DNA of 64,000 bases, taken from NCBI GenBank assembly GCA_041664585.1, contig JBAYKL010000002.1:88328-152327 (forward strand), written 5' to 3'. The position numbers were made by a program, and so were the translations under genes. This DNA comes from Minisyncoccota bacterium. GTDB lineage: Bacteria; Patescibacteriota; Minisyncoccia; Phycocordibacterales; GWA1-40-21. This document shows, one piece after another, positions 18,601 through 26,361 of this stretch. Below the pieces are notes generated by a model. It did not search any database. It was not told where the DNA came from and saw nothing but the letters and a program-made list of their open reading frames with translations. The first letter of the stretch is position 1; every line of letters begins with the position of its first letter.

Positions 18601-18868
18601 AGCTATGAAAAAGCTTGTAGATAATGGTAAGGCTGTTGGTGGAATCATTCAAGAAGTCAGAGAAATAATGACAAAGAAAAATGAACCGATGGCTTTTATA
18701 AAGATAGCTGACCTTACTGATACAATAGAAGCTGTAGTGTTTCCTCGTACCTATGCTCAATATAAAAGCATAATTGTTCCAGAAAAATGTATAGCAATAG
18801 TAGCAAAAATTTCTGAAAGAAATGGGGAAATAAGTTTGATAGTAGATAGAATGAAAGAATTAAACTAA
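15659..18868 (+). CDS. dnaE: DNA polymerase III alpha subunit
   Basis: PHP domain at the N-terminus (IHLHTHSHYSLL), a polymerase core (...GVGLLKFDFLGIKNLS...), and an OB-fold tail. 1069 aa. Confidence 0.93.
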   Translation: MSKFIHLHTHSHYSLLNALPKIKDLVKMAKKLEMPALALTDAGNMYGTIDFYQACKKNEIKPIIGVDFYVASRTRKDKQGGVDNRRTRLVLLAKNEVGYKNLIKLVTDSYFEGFYYKPRIDKETIEKYRDGLICILPHFSAETSYALKNGDTEKAKSLVDFYKKNYGAENFFLEITHHPEIEGQLELKEKIIKLAKETNSNLVAGQDVYYLHPEDKKARDTLVQVNSHSDFSDREQRESADNFSFISSEQAAEYFKNEPEAIENTQKIADMCTVEIELGKWKFPKFIVESGLSYDDELKRVAYEGIDRRGLPHSKEVIDRLEYELKVIHDKGYPQYFLVVSDLLRFAHENGIYTNIRGSVAGSLTTYVTGITNVDPLAYKLPFERFLNPERPSAPDIDMDFADNRRDEVIEYARQKYGKENVAQIGTFGTMMARGACRDVARAMGFPLPLADKIAKLIPMGAQGFPMTIDRALKEVAELKEMYNKEEDAKTIIDMAQKIEGCARHISVHAAGVVIAPDDLSNYVPLQYDPKGEGKIITQYDMHGVGEDGVGLLKFDFLGIKNLSILADAVDRVKKIEGIEVDIEKIPLDDKKTFEMLAKGETIGLFQLNGSGMTKYLKELKPTTIHDINAMVALYRPGPIESIPQYIERKHNPALIKYLDPRLKDILDQSYGVITYQDDVMLTAIKLAGYSWLEADKLRKAMGKKIPEEMEKQKEKLLKGFVAGGLTEKKAETLWKLIEPFAAYGFNKSHAASYGRVAYQTAYMKANFPEIYMSAVMTADQGDVEKIGEFITECNKMKIPVLPPSVNESFSPFSVVKPEDPSEKYKIRFGLTSIKNFGEGISKAITSERKNKGKFKSLSDFLERIVDKNLNKRSLEPLIKTGALDEFGERGQLLANSENLLKYNKDLGKMSSDQDSLFGIFEGGKHENFKLEPAEPATQTMKLTWEKELLGLYISGHPLDKYKHIFEKQQITVKKIKEETEAMKKLVDNGKAVGGIIQEVREIMTKKNEPMAFIKIADLTDTIEAVVFPRTYAQYKSIIVPEKCIAIVAKISERNGEISLIVDRMKELN

Positions 18869-18869
18869 T

Positions 18870-20969
18870 TTATTGTATTATAATACTACCAATTCCTCCA
18901 TTATATAGTCCAGAAATTTCTTCCTGAGATAAAGCTCTACTCCATACTCCAACTTCATCTATAAGACCACTGAAGTAATACTGACTAGAACCTTTTGCCC
19001 CAATCAAAAACTCTTCAGACATATCCCTAATAGTACCATTATAAGAAACCGGCATGCCAACCATATTCCCATCTATATAAGTACTAATATTTGATCCGTT
19101 TGCTACTGCAACCAAATGATACCACCTATTTAGTTCTGGCACCCAAGAATAATCCGTAATTTTTACAGTATTATCCTGTTGAAAAATAAAAAATCTTAGA
19201 GTATTACCGCTCATCAAGTAAAATGAGAAATTCCTAGAGCTACCGTTGTCTTCTCCGAGAACATAGCAAGAGCTTACTCCACCACAATTCAAAGAACTAA
19301 AATTAACCCAGGTAGACATACTCAACTTCCCTGAGGTTTTTGTAATTCTTTGGCTTGTAGAGGCGTAATCACCATTTCCATCAAGAACCATAGCATTGCC
19401 CAAAATACTAGAAACATCTGATATATGAGCGTCTCCATTATACACACCATCATTGTTTGACACGGACAAATCATTCGCCGCTAAAGGTTTATTACCGTAA
19501 GCTAAAGATCCAACACCGCTATTACAATGTTCAGTATTATTAACAGAATCGGCTAAACATCCAGTAGATGTCGGCGTGAAATTTCTAACAAAAACACTAT
19601 TTTGTTTTATGTATAAATTCCTATAGAAAAACTGATCATAAAAATTCGCACTTCTTCTATCAGTTCCTACTAATAAACTATTACTATCTAATTTACCAAA
19701 AGTTCCAGAAAATGCTTTTGTCAGTGAGACGGTTTCTTTTTCCGTAACCACAGACATAGTTTTCGTTGATCCATTGTATAAATAGTGTACATCATAAACA
19801 ATACCATCATTATAAGTTTGACTTGTTAATAAATCCCCTATTAATCCATTACTATCAGCCAAATAAAAACGTAATTTTCCAGCCTGTGAATTAAGTTCAA
19901 GACTTATGGTACCTGCGGCCGTACCATTATAATTACCTAGAAGAACTAGTCTTCCAGTTTCTTTTGTCGAGAACTGAAGAAATATTTCAAAGTCTTCGTC
20001 AATACTATTCTGTCCAACAACACCTGTATTTATATAATCGTCTACACCATCAAAAATTAAACCCGGTTCTTCTGTCCCAGCATCAGTATCAAAATTCCAA
20101 TAACCCATCAGTCTTGATGTAAGAAGAGGATCTTCACAAATATTTCCTGACGAACAATATTCTGACACACATTCAGAATCTAATGTACAAGAGGTTCCTG
20201 GCTCGCCGCTTACACAAAGATTAGTAGCCAAACTGCAAATACCAGACATACAACTTGATCCCGTAGCACAGTAATCAACCCCTGTCTCTCCATTAGTACA
20301 CAATTGTGTAATCTGATTTGAGTCCCAACCACAATACCCAGCAGGACAATCAGAGTTTGTAGTACAACTTCCACCTAAATTGTATATACCAGTTGTTCCT
20401 AGATATGATACTCCAGTTCTTATGGTAGATGATGAGAGGTTAGTAGAGAAGCTGACTAGTGCGTCATATATTTGAGTAGTGGTATACATGGAGGCTACAG
20501 GAGTAATTGCAAAAGAATGTGAACCTGCTGTAGTGGTAGCGTTATTAGTTATAAGATTATATATGTTTTCTAGAGTATAGCCTTGTACTCCTGGTGCTTC
20601 GGTTGGGAAAAGAGAAGAATATGTTGGTGTTACTGTTGCATAGTTTGGATCTAAAGTTCCATAATTACCAGTTACACCTAATATAGTAATACCTGTTTTT
20701 ACATCTTCTTGTTTTACTAGATTAGCTAATAAAGCATATATTTCACTTGTTGAATGAGAGGTGGTTGCTGTGGGAGAAGAGGATGTAGAAATTGGAGAAT
20801 CCGGTGTTGGTTTTAATACATTGTATGAAATAAAATCATATATATCACCTAAAGAATGATAAGTAGAAGAAGGCAAGGATTCTGGAGAAAGTTTAGAAAT
20901 AGAAAAAACAGATAAAAACACAACAAAAAATAATCCCGTTATCAAAAAAATTAACCGTCTGATCCTCAT
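18870..20969 (-). CDS. secreted LamG (concanavalin-A-like lectin) domain protein with a Cys-rich module
   Basis: N-terminal TM/signal segment. Two LamG-like beta-sandwich regions (...LIFDGVDDYINTG...LLVGTD and ...MVLDGNGDYAST...LIGAKG...GLIDEVGVW). A central Cys-rich stretch (CTTNSDCPAGYCGWD...CVSEYCSSGNICE) lies between them. Confidence 0.7.
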   Translation of the reverse strand: MRIRRLIFLITGLFFVVFLSVFSISKLSPESLPSSTYHSLGDIYDFISYNVLKPTPDSPISTSSSPTATTSHSTSEIYALLANLVKQEDVKTGITILGVTGNYGTLDPNYATVTPTYSSLFPTEAPGVQGYTLENIYNLITNNATTTAGSHSFAITPVASMYTTTQIYDALVSFSTNLSSSTIRTGVSYLGTTGIYNLGGSCTTNSDCPAGYCGWDSNQITQLCTNGETGVDYCATGSSCMSGICSLATNLCVSGEPGTSCTLDSECVSEYCSSGNICEDPLLTSRLMGYWNFDTDAGTEEPGLIFDGVDDYINTGVVGQNSIDEDFEIFLQFSTKETGRLVLLGNYNGTAAGTISLELNSQAGKLRFYLADSNGLIGDLLTSQTYNDGIVYDVHYLYNGSTKTMSVVTEKETVSLTKAFSGTFGKLDSNSLLVGTDRRSANFYDQFFYRNLYIKQNSVFVRNFTPTSTGCLADSVNNTEHCNSGVGSLAYGNKPLAANDLSVSNNDGVYNGDAHISDVSSILGNAMVLDGNGDYASTSQRITKTSGKLSMSTWVNFSSLNCGGVSSCYVLGEDNGSSRNFSFYLMSGNTLRFFIFQQDNTVKITDYSWVPELNRWYHLVAVANGSNISTYIDGNMVGMPVSYNGTIRDMSEEFLIGAKGSSQYYFSGLIDEVGVWSRALSQEEISGLYNGGIGSIIIQ

Positions 20970-21008
20970 TTAACGAATTATAACAATATTCTCTGTTTTA
21001 AAAAAGTA

Positions 21009-21037
21009 TTTGACATCCTTAAACCATTGGAATACTA
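21009..21037 (+). promoter_or_regulatory. promoter of the thrS T-box leader
   Basis: TTGACA (21009-21014), a 17-nt spacer, then TACTAT (21032-21037). Confidence 0.55.
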
Positions 21038-21043
21038 TATATC

Positions 21044-21217
21044 TATAGAGATTGTTGTGGCTACCAACCACAATCCGTATAAAAACGGACCAACTGGCTA
21101 ATCTATTAAATGAGAGTCCGTTTTAAAAACGGAAAACTAGGTGGAACCACGAACAATTATAGAATTGTGCGCCCTGGTAAGAATACAAGTGATTGTATTT
21201 TTACCAGGGCGATTTTA
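21044..21217 (+). promoter_or_regulatory. T-box riboswitch leader with a threonine specifier (ACC), upstream of thrS
   Basis: The T-box sequence AAACTAGGTGGAACCACGAAC (21135-21154) matches the consensus AATTAGGGTGGTACCGCGG. A downstream 11-bp terminator (GCGCCCTGGTAA ... TTACCAGGGCG then ATTTT, 21169-21216) has a 5' arm overlapped by the antiterminator. An upstream hairpin TTGTGG-CTACCAA-CCACAA displays ACC followed by A in its loop. Confidence 0.75.
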
Positions 21218-21241
21218 ATTATAAATTAATAATAAAAAAAT

Positions 21242-23032
21242 ATGGAACAAGAGAAATTAATGAGAATGAGACACTCGCTCGCCCATCTACTTGGTGCAGC
21301 GGTTTTAGAAATCTGGCCAGATGTGAAAATTGCTACTGGTCCTGCAATAGACAATGGTTTTTACTATGACTTTGATTTTAATTCTCCTATAGTAGAAAAA
21401 GATTTAGGAAAGATAGAACAGAAGATGAGAGAGCTAGTAAAAAAGTGGAACGGCTTTGAGAAAAAAAATATTTCATATGAAGAAGGTAAAAAGCTTTTTG
21501 CTGGTAATCCATACAAACTAGAACTTATAGAGGAATACAATAAAGATGGTAAAGAACTTAGTATTTATACTTCTGGTAATTTTACAGACCTTTGTGCAGG
21601 ACCACATATAGATGATATTAAAGAAATAAAAGCAGATGCATTCAAACTAGATAGAATTGCTGGGGCATATTGGAAAGGTGATGAAAAGAATAAAATGCTT
21701 ACAAGAATATATGCACTGGCTTTCGCTTCAAAAGAAGATTTAGAAAATTATTTGAAGCAAAGAGAGGAAGCAGAAAAAAGAGATCACAGAAAAATTGGAA
21801 AGGAATTAGATTTATTCCATATGGATGAAAAAGTGGGTTTAGGTCTACCTTTATGGCATCCTAAAGGTGCTATTCTCTGGAGAGTAATCGAAGACTTCTG
21901 GTATCAGGAACACCTTAAAAACGGTTACGATTTGGTCAGAAGCCCACACATAGGTAATAAGGAACTTTGGGAGATATCTGGACACTGGGGATTCTATAAC
22001 TCAAGTATGTATCCTCCACTTGAAGCGGGGCAAACACTTAAAGAAAAACAAGAAGGTAAAAAAATAGAACACTCTGAGGAGTATCTATTGAAGCCGATGA
22101 ACTGTCCTTTCCACGTACAAATATATAAAAACTCACCAAAATCATACAGACAATTCCCTTTTAGATGGGCTGAGTGCGGTACTGTATATAGATTCGAAAA
22201 GAAAGGAGAATTATCTGGACTAACCAGAGTCAGAGGATTTACACAAGATGATGCTCATATTCTTTGTAGAAAAGATCAAATAGAAGAAGAACTCAAAATG
22301 GTTATAGATTTTATATTGTTTATATATAAATCATTTGGTTTTGATATAAATTCAGTAAAGGTCTTCCTATCTCTCAGAGATCCAGAAAACAAAGAGAAAT
22401 ACGCTGGTAATGATGAGGGTTGGAATTACACAGAAGAAGTTCTAAGAAAAGTTGCCGTAGAAAAGAAACTAGATTTCACCGAAGAAAAAGGAGAAGCTGC
22501 ATTCTATGGACCAAAATTAGACTTTAAGATAAAAGATGCTCTAGGTAGACTTTGGCAATGTTCAACACTTCAATTTGATTTTAATCTTCCAGAAAGATTT
22601 GATCTTACTTTTGTAAACTCAAAAGGAGAACAAGAAAGACCATATATGCTTCATAGAGCCCTTTTTGGAAGCTTCGAAAGATTCATTGGTCTATTAATCG
22701 AACACTACGCTGGAGCCTTTCCACTGTGGCTTGCACCAGTACAAATAAAAATTGTACCAGTAAGAGAAAATCACAACGACTATGCTAAGAAAATTGGTGA
22801 CGAGTTAAAGAAAGATGGATTCAGAGTGGATTGTGATTTAAACCCTGGAAACATGGGTGGGAAAGTAAGAGATGCAAAAAATAATAGAGTTCCATATACA
22901 ATTATCGTCGGAGATAAAGATATGTCAGTAAACAAAATAACCGTAGAAAATAGAGATAAGGGTCAACTTGGACAAATGGATTTGAAAGACTTTATTGAAA
23001 AAATCAAAGAAGAAAAAGAAAAGAAATTATAA
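21242..23032 (+). CDS. thrS: threonyl-tRNA synthetase, without an N-terminal TGS domain
   Basis: Begins at the second additional domain (HSLAHLLGAAV...) with the Zn-binding editing motifs. It has a class II core (...RVRGFTQDDAHI..., FYGPKLDF) and a C-terminal anticodon-binding domain. 596 aa. Confidence 0.93.
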   Translation: MEQEKLMRMRHSLAHLLGAAVLEIWPDVKIATGPAIDNGFYYDFDFNSPIVEKDLGKIEQKMRELVKKWNGFEKKNISYEEGKKLFAGNPYKLELIEEYNKDGKELSIYTSGNFTDLCAGPHIDDIKEIKADAFKLDRIAGAYWKGDEKNKMLTRIYALAFASKEDLENYLKQREEAEKRDHRKIGKELDLFHMDEKVGLGLPLWHPKGAILWRVIEDFWYQEHLKNGYDLVRSPHIGNKELWEISGHWGFYNSSMYPPLEAGQTLKEKQEGKKIEHSEEYLLKPMNCPFHVQIYKNSPKSYRQFPFRWAECGTVYRFEKKGELSGLTRVRGFTQDDAHILCRKDQIEEELKMVIDFILFIYKSFGFDINSVKVFLSLRDPENKEKYAGNDEGWNYTEEVLRKVAVEKKLDFTEEKGEAAFYGPKLDFKIKDALGRLWQCSTLQFDFNLPERFDLTFVNSKGEQERPYMLHRALFGSFERFIGLLIEHYAGAFPLWLAPVQIKIVPVRENHNDYAKKIGDELKKDGFRVDCDLNPGNMGGKVRDAKNNRVPYTIIVGDKDMSVNKITVENRDKGQLGQMDLKDFIEKIKEEKEKKL

Positions 23033-23033
23033 T

Positions 23034-23066
23034 AAAAAAGCCAGCACTAAGTGCTGGCTTTTTTAT
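23034..23066. terminator. bidirectional terminator
   Basis: AAAAAA-GCCAGCAC-taa-GTGCTGGC-TTTTTT. Confidence 0.85.
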
Positions 23067-24193
23067 TATATATATTTTTCTAAATCACCTTCTGAGATTG
23101 TAATCCACTCTCCTTGAGAATTTGTTTTTGAAGAAGCAACATTCCTAATAGTTTCAGAGATGTTTGTGTCATTCAATCTCTTTGCTTTCAAAAGATTAAT
23201 AACAGCTCCTTGTGAAATAATTATATTATTCATTCTTGCGTAGTCTTCGATTTGAGACATCGCTTTAGTGTCAGCATGAACCTCAGTAGATATTACATTT
23301 TCTGAAGCTATAACTACAGGTACTTCCTGTGCTTCTTTCTTCTTTAATAGAAAGTATGCAATTGTCGTGCTCCAAAGTATCAAGCTTAGAGTAAACAATA
23401 CAACCTTCATAGTATCACCGGCTCCAGTATATGGCACATCGCTTAGGTAAACAGAAGCTACATAAGGGTTAGTTTGAGTATATGCGAGAACCTGATTTAC
23501 GTTTACAGTACAAGTTCTTGTAATACTTTGACCGTTAGATACGATTGTAAGGTTAGCAGTCTTTGTACCACCAGTGTTGTATGTCTTTGGTGCTGTTTGA
23601 CCGTTTGAAGAGAGACCTTCGTCTCCTGTCCAGTAATATGTGTAAAAACCGTTACCTCCTGTGGCACTAGCTGTCCAAGTGACAACGCCACCAACTTCTG
23701 TATTTGATACGCCTGCAGCACAAGAACCGTTTAGTGAGCTATAGTTGTTGTAGGTGTAGTTATAACCATTGTTATAGTTCCAGCCGCTATTACCTCCATT
23801 GTCATAATATGAGTTCGGACCATAGACATTACCGTTTGTAGAGTTCCAACCACCACAAGTCGTAGTCGCGTTACATCCACAAGACCCACAAGAAGAAGTA
23901 TCCCAATAGTTGTGACCCCCGCCATAGTTACCATGTGAATAATAATCATTGTAATGGTAATAATCATTATCCCAATCCATATCTATATGCCAGTCTTCAA
24001 CTTCATCCTCTATGTGATCCCAAGCACTAGCGGATACATCTGAAACATCATCCCAAGCGTCTTCGAAGAAATTTCCCAAACGACTCCATACATCAGCATG
24101 AGCATAAGTTGGTACAGAAAATACAAAAACAGACAATAGAGAAATCGCTGTTACGACAAAAGCTTTTTTGCTTGTATTTATAATGTTTTTCAT
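23066..24193 (-). CDS. secreted PKD-like domain protein with an internal sortase-type sorting signal (VPYTG + TM + KKK) and an extra C-terminal domain
   Basis: Signal peptide, then a D/Y/N/G-rich low-complexity region. A Cys-bounded PKD-like module follows (TWTASATGGNGFYTYYWTG...TANLTIVSNGQSITRTCTVNV). Then comes ...SDVPYTGAGDTMKVVLFTLSLILWSTTIAYFLLKKKEAQ, followed by about 90 further residues. It lies immediately downstream of the sortase on the same strand with no terminator between them. Confidence 0.6.
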   Translation of the reverse strand: MKNIINTSKKAFVVTAISLLSVFVFSVPTYAHADVWSRLGNFFEDAWDDVSDVSASAWDHIEDEVEDWHIDMDWDNDYYHYNDYYSHGNYGGGHNYWDTSSCGSCGCNATTTCGGWNSTNGNVYGPNSYYDNGGNSGWNYNNGYNYTYNNYSSLNGSCAAGVSNTEVGGVVTWTASATGGNGFYTYYWTGDEGLSSNGQTAPKTYNTGGTKTANLTIVSNGQSITRTCTVNVNQVLAYTQTNPYVASVYLSDVPYTGAGDTMKVVLFTLSLILWSTTIAYFLLKKKEAQEVPVVIASENVISTEVHADTKAMSQIEDYARMNNIIISQGAVINLLKAKRLNDTNISETIRNVASSKTNSQGEWITISEGDLEKYI

Positions 24194-24294
24194 ATAATTT
24201 TTATTAAATTAACTTAATCACTATTATATACCAAAAGAATATAAAAGTCAAGGCTATGAACCCTTTCAAAATGGAGATGTCTAAATATGGCTTT

Positions 24295-24909
24295 TTATAA
24301 AGCTTTTTTAGCGACGTATTCAGCTTCTACTACATACCTATCACTTTTAGCCCCAAAAGTATCACAAGTAGAAAGCGTAAGCTTATGAACTTTGGTATTA
24401 AATACAACGAGAGCCTTGTCTGCCCCTTCCAACTTTACAGAAGTAACTTTATAGGAAAAAATATTACTATTTGAATACACATCTATCAAATCCCCCTCTT
24501 TCAGATCCTTTAAACCATTGAATGCTTTGAAGCCTTGGTTATTTACAACAGCAAGACGAGTATTATGACCAAAAATAAAGATGTTTCCGTAACCAAGATT
24601 CCCAGAACCTGGATAATGCACTGCTCCTTTAGCTAAAAAACTATCAAGAACTTCCGTACTAGTACTTTGCGGATTATAAACTTGAACATCAATGTTTATA
24701 CCAGGAACCTTTATGACCAGTGGGATTTCAGCATTTTCTTTTTGAAAAGAATTATTTTCTGGATATCTGCCATAGGAGACTTTGAACTCTTCTGGTACAA
24801 AACCAAAAAAATACAACATGCCAAATGTAATAAATAGTATAATGGAAAAATTCAATAAGAATGACCATTTTCTACCCTTTATAAAACTTAAAAAGCTTTC
24901 TTTTTTCAT
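24295..24909 (-). CDS. sortase family transpeptidase
   Basis: N-terminal TM anchor, a conserved His in IFIFGHNTRLA, the catalytic TLxTC motif (LTLSTCD), and an Arg in SDRYVVEAEYV. Confidence 0.8.
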   Translation of the reverse strand: MKKESFLSFIKGRKWSFLLNFSIILFITFGMLYFFGFVPEEFKVSYGRYPENNSFQKENAEIPLVIKVPGINIDVQVYNPQSTSTEVLDSFLAKGAVHYPGSGNLGYGNIFIFGHNTRLAVVNNQGFKAFNGLKDLKEGDLIDVYSNSNIFSYKVTSVKLEGADKALVVFNTKVHKLTLSTCDTFGAKSDRYVVEAEYVAKKAL

Positions 24910-24997
24910 AAATATGTTATCTATATTAACAGCTTGACAATAAAAGTCAACTACTGTATAATACTATCTAGCTTAGAAGTTTAATTATATCATTATT

Positions 24998-26314
24998 ATG
25001 AAAGAAAAAATCTGGTTAAAAATTAAAGAATCTTTTTCAACGGCAGCAATAGCAGCTCTTATGCTTGTTATTGTTTTTTTGCTTATCTGGATACCTTTCA
25101 AATTCATCCCGGGTATCTTTTCTAAGGGTACAAATTATGTAGCAACTTCCCTATCCTCAACTTTTATACCTGGAGAAAATAAAGCAACGACTTCTCCAAC
25201 AAAAAATAATACCCAGCCTACAAACACAACTGTGGCTGGAGGCAAACCAGATCTCTCTGTGAGGCTTATAAGTACTGGTATCATAAATAGATATACAAAA
25301 CAATTTTCTCAAACAAGTACAATAGGTACCGGAGATGAAGTTGGGATGAGATTTGAAGTCAAAAATATTGGGAATACAGTTTCTGGAGCCTGGAGTCTAA
25401 AGGCAACTTTGCCATCTGCAACAACTCCTAATTACAATTCTGACCTACAGAGATCGTTGAATCCTGGAGACAGAATAGAATTTACTCTTGGTTTTGATAA
25501 TCCAACAAATTTAGGACTAGTCACTGCCTATGTATACGCTGATCCAGCTAATACTATTGGCGAGTCTAACGAATCAAACAATTCAATCGGTGTCCCATTT
25601 AATATAGTAAGTGGTTCAACCTATGGTTACAACTACGGGACCACTTATAACAATGCGATAGGGACAACATATACATGGACTTCCATTGTTGGAGCATGTA
25701 GTGCCCTTCCGGGAACCGTATATACAGGAACCCTAGTAAACTGGAATGCCAGTGCAACAGGCGGTAACGGATACTTCACATATTCTTGGAATGGATCTGA
25801 TAATCTTGTAAGTACGGAAAAAAATCCTACAAAAATTTACTACACGGCTGGTGTAAAAACAGGAACTGTTACGATAACATCAAACGGTTCAAGTGTTACA
25901 AAACAGTGTACTGTAAATGTCGTTGATCAATATAATAACTACAATACAAGTTCTTCTGATCTTTCCCTATCATTAGTTGGTGTTGGCTCAGTAGATAATA
26001 GCGGACAGTTTATACAAAGTTCTCAAGTTTCGAGAGGTGGAAATATCGCGATTAAAGTAAGGATTACCAATGTAGGGACAAGCTACTCTGGCAACTGGAC
26101 TATCACAGGATCAGTATCTCCTTCTCTTCCGGGATATACTTATAGACAAGATAATCAAGTATCTCTAGCCCCAAATTCAACTTCAGATTACACAATGGTA
26201 TTCTGGAATCCACAGACTTCAGGAGACAATGCATTCAATATTCAGATTAGCCAAAGTGGAAACGACTTAAATAGTACAAATAATAATTTAACAGCAACAG
26301 TAAGAGTTTACTAA
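24998..26314 (+). CDS. membrane-anchored CARDB / PKD-like / CARDB surface protein
   Basis: N-terminal TM anchor. Two CARDB-type modules (...GDEVGMRFEVKNIGNTVSGAW...ESNESNN and ...IAIKVRITNVGTSYSGNW...STNNN). Between them a PKD-like module (NWNASATGGNGYFTYSWNGSD...TVTITSNGSSVTKQCTVNV) is clearly homologous to the one in the 23066..24193 protein. Confidence 0.65.
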   Translation: MKEKIWLKIKESFSTAAIAALMLVIVFLLIWIPFKFIPGIFSKGTNYVATSLSSTFIPGENKATTSPTKNNTQPTNTTVAGGKPDLSVRLISTGIINRYTKQFSQTSTIGTGDEVGMRFEVKNIGNTVSGAWSLKATLPSATTPNYNSDLQRSLNPGDRIEFTLGFDNPTNLGLVTAYVYADPANTIGESNESNNSIGVPFNIVSGSTYGYNYGTTYNNAIGTTYTWTSIVGACSALPGTVYTGTLVNWNASATGGNGYFTYSWNGSDNLVSTEKNPTKIYYTAGVKTGTVTITSNGSSVTKQCTVNVVDQYNNYNTSSSDLSLSLVGVGSVDNSGQFIQSSQVSRGGNIAIKVRITNVGTSYSGNWTITGSVSPSLPGYTYRQDNQVSLAPNSTSDYTMVFWNPQTSGDNAFNIQISQSGNDLNSTNNNLTATVRVY

Positions 26315-26324
26315 AACAAAAATA

Positions 26325-26357
26325 AAAACAACCCACTTAAGGTGGGTTGTTTTTATT
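26325..26357. terminator. bidirectional terminator between the CARDB gene and gyrB
   Basis: CAACCCAC-ttaa-GTGGGTTG followed by TTTTTATTTT, with an A-rich run before it. Confidence 0.8.
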
Positions 26358-26361
26358 TTAA

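Noticed and set aside
23503-23967. Two internal minus-strand ORFs (72 and 78 aa) inside the 23066..24193 gene
   Set aside because: They are alternative-frame read-throughs of the D/Y/N/G-rich low-complexity region of the real protein (MVT/ITM repeats). They are not independent genes.
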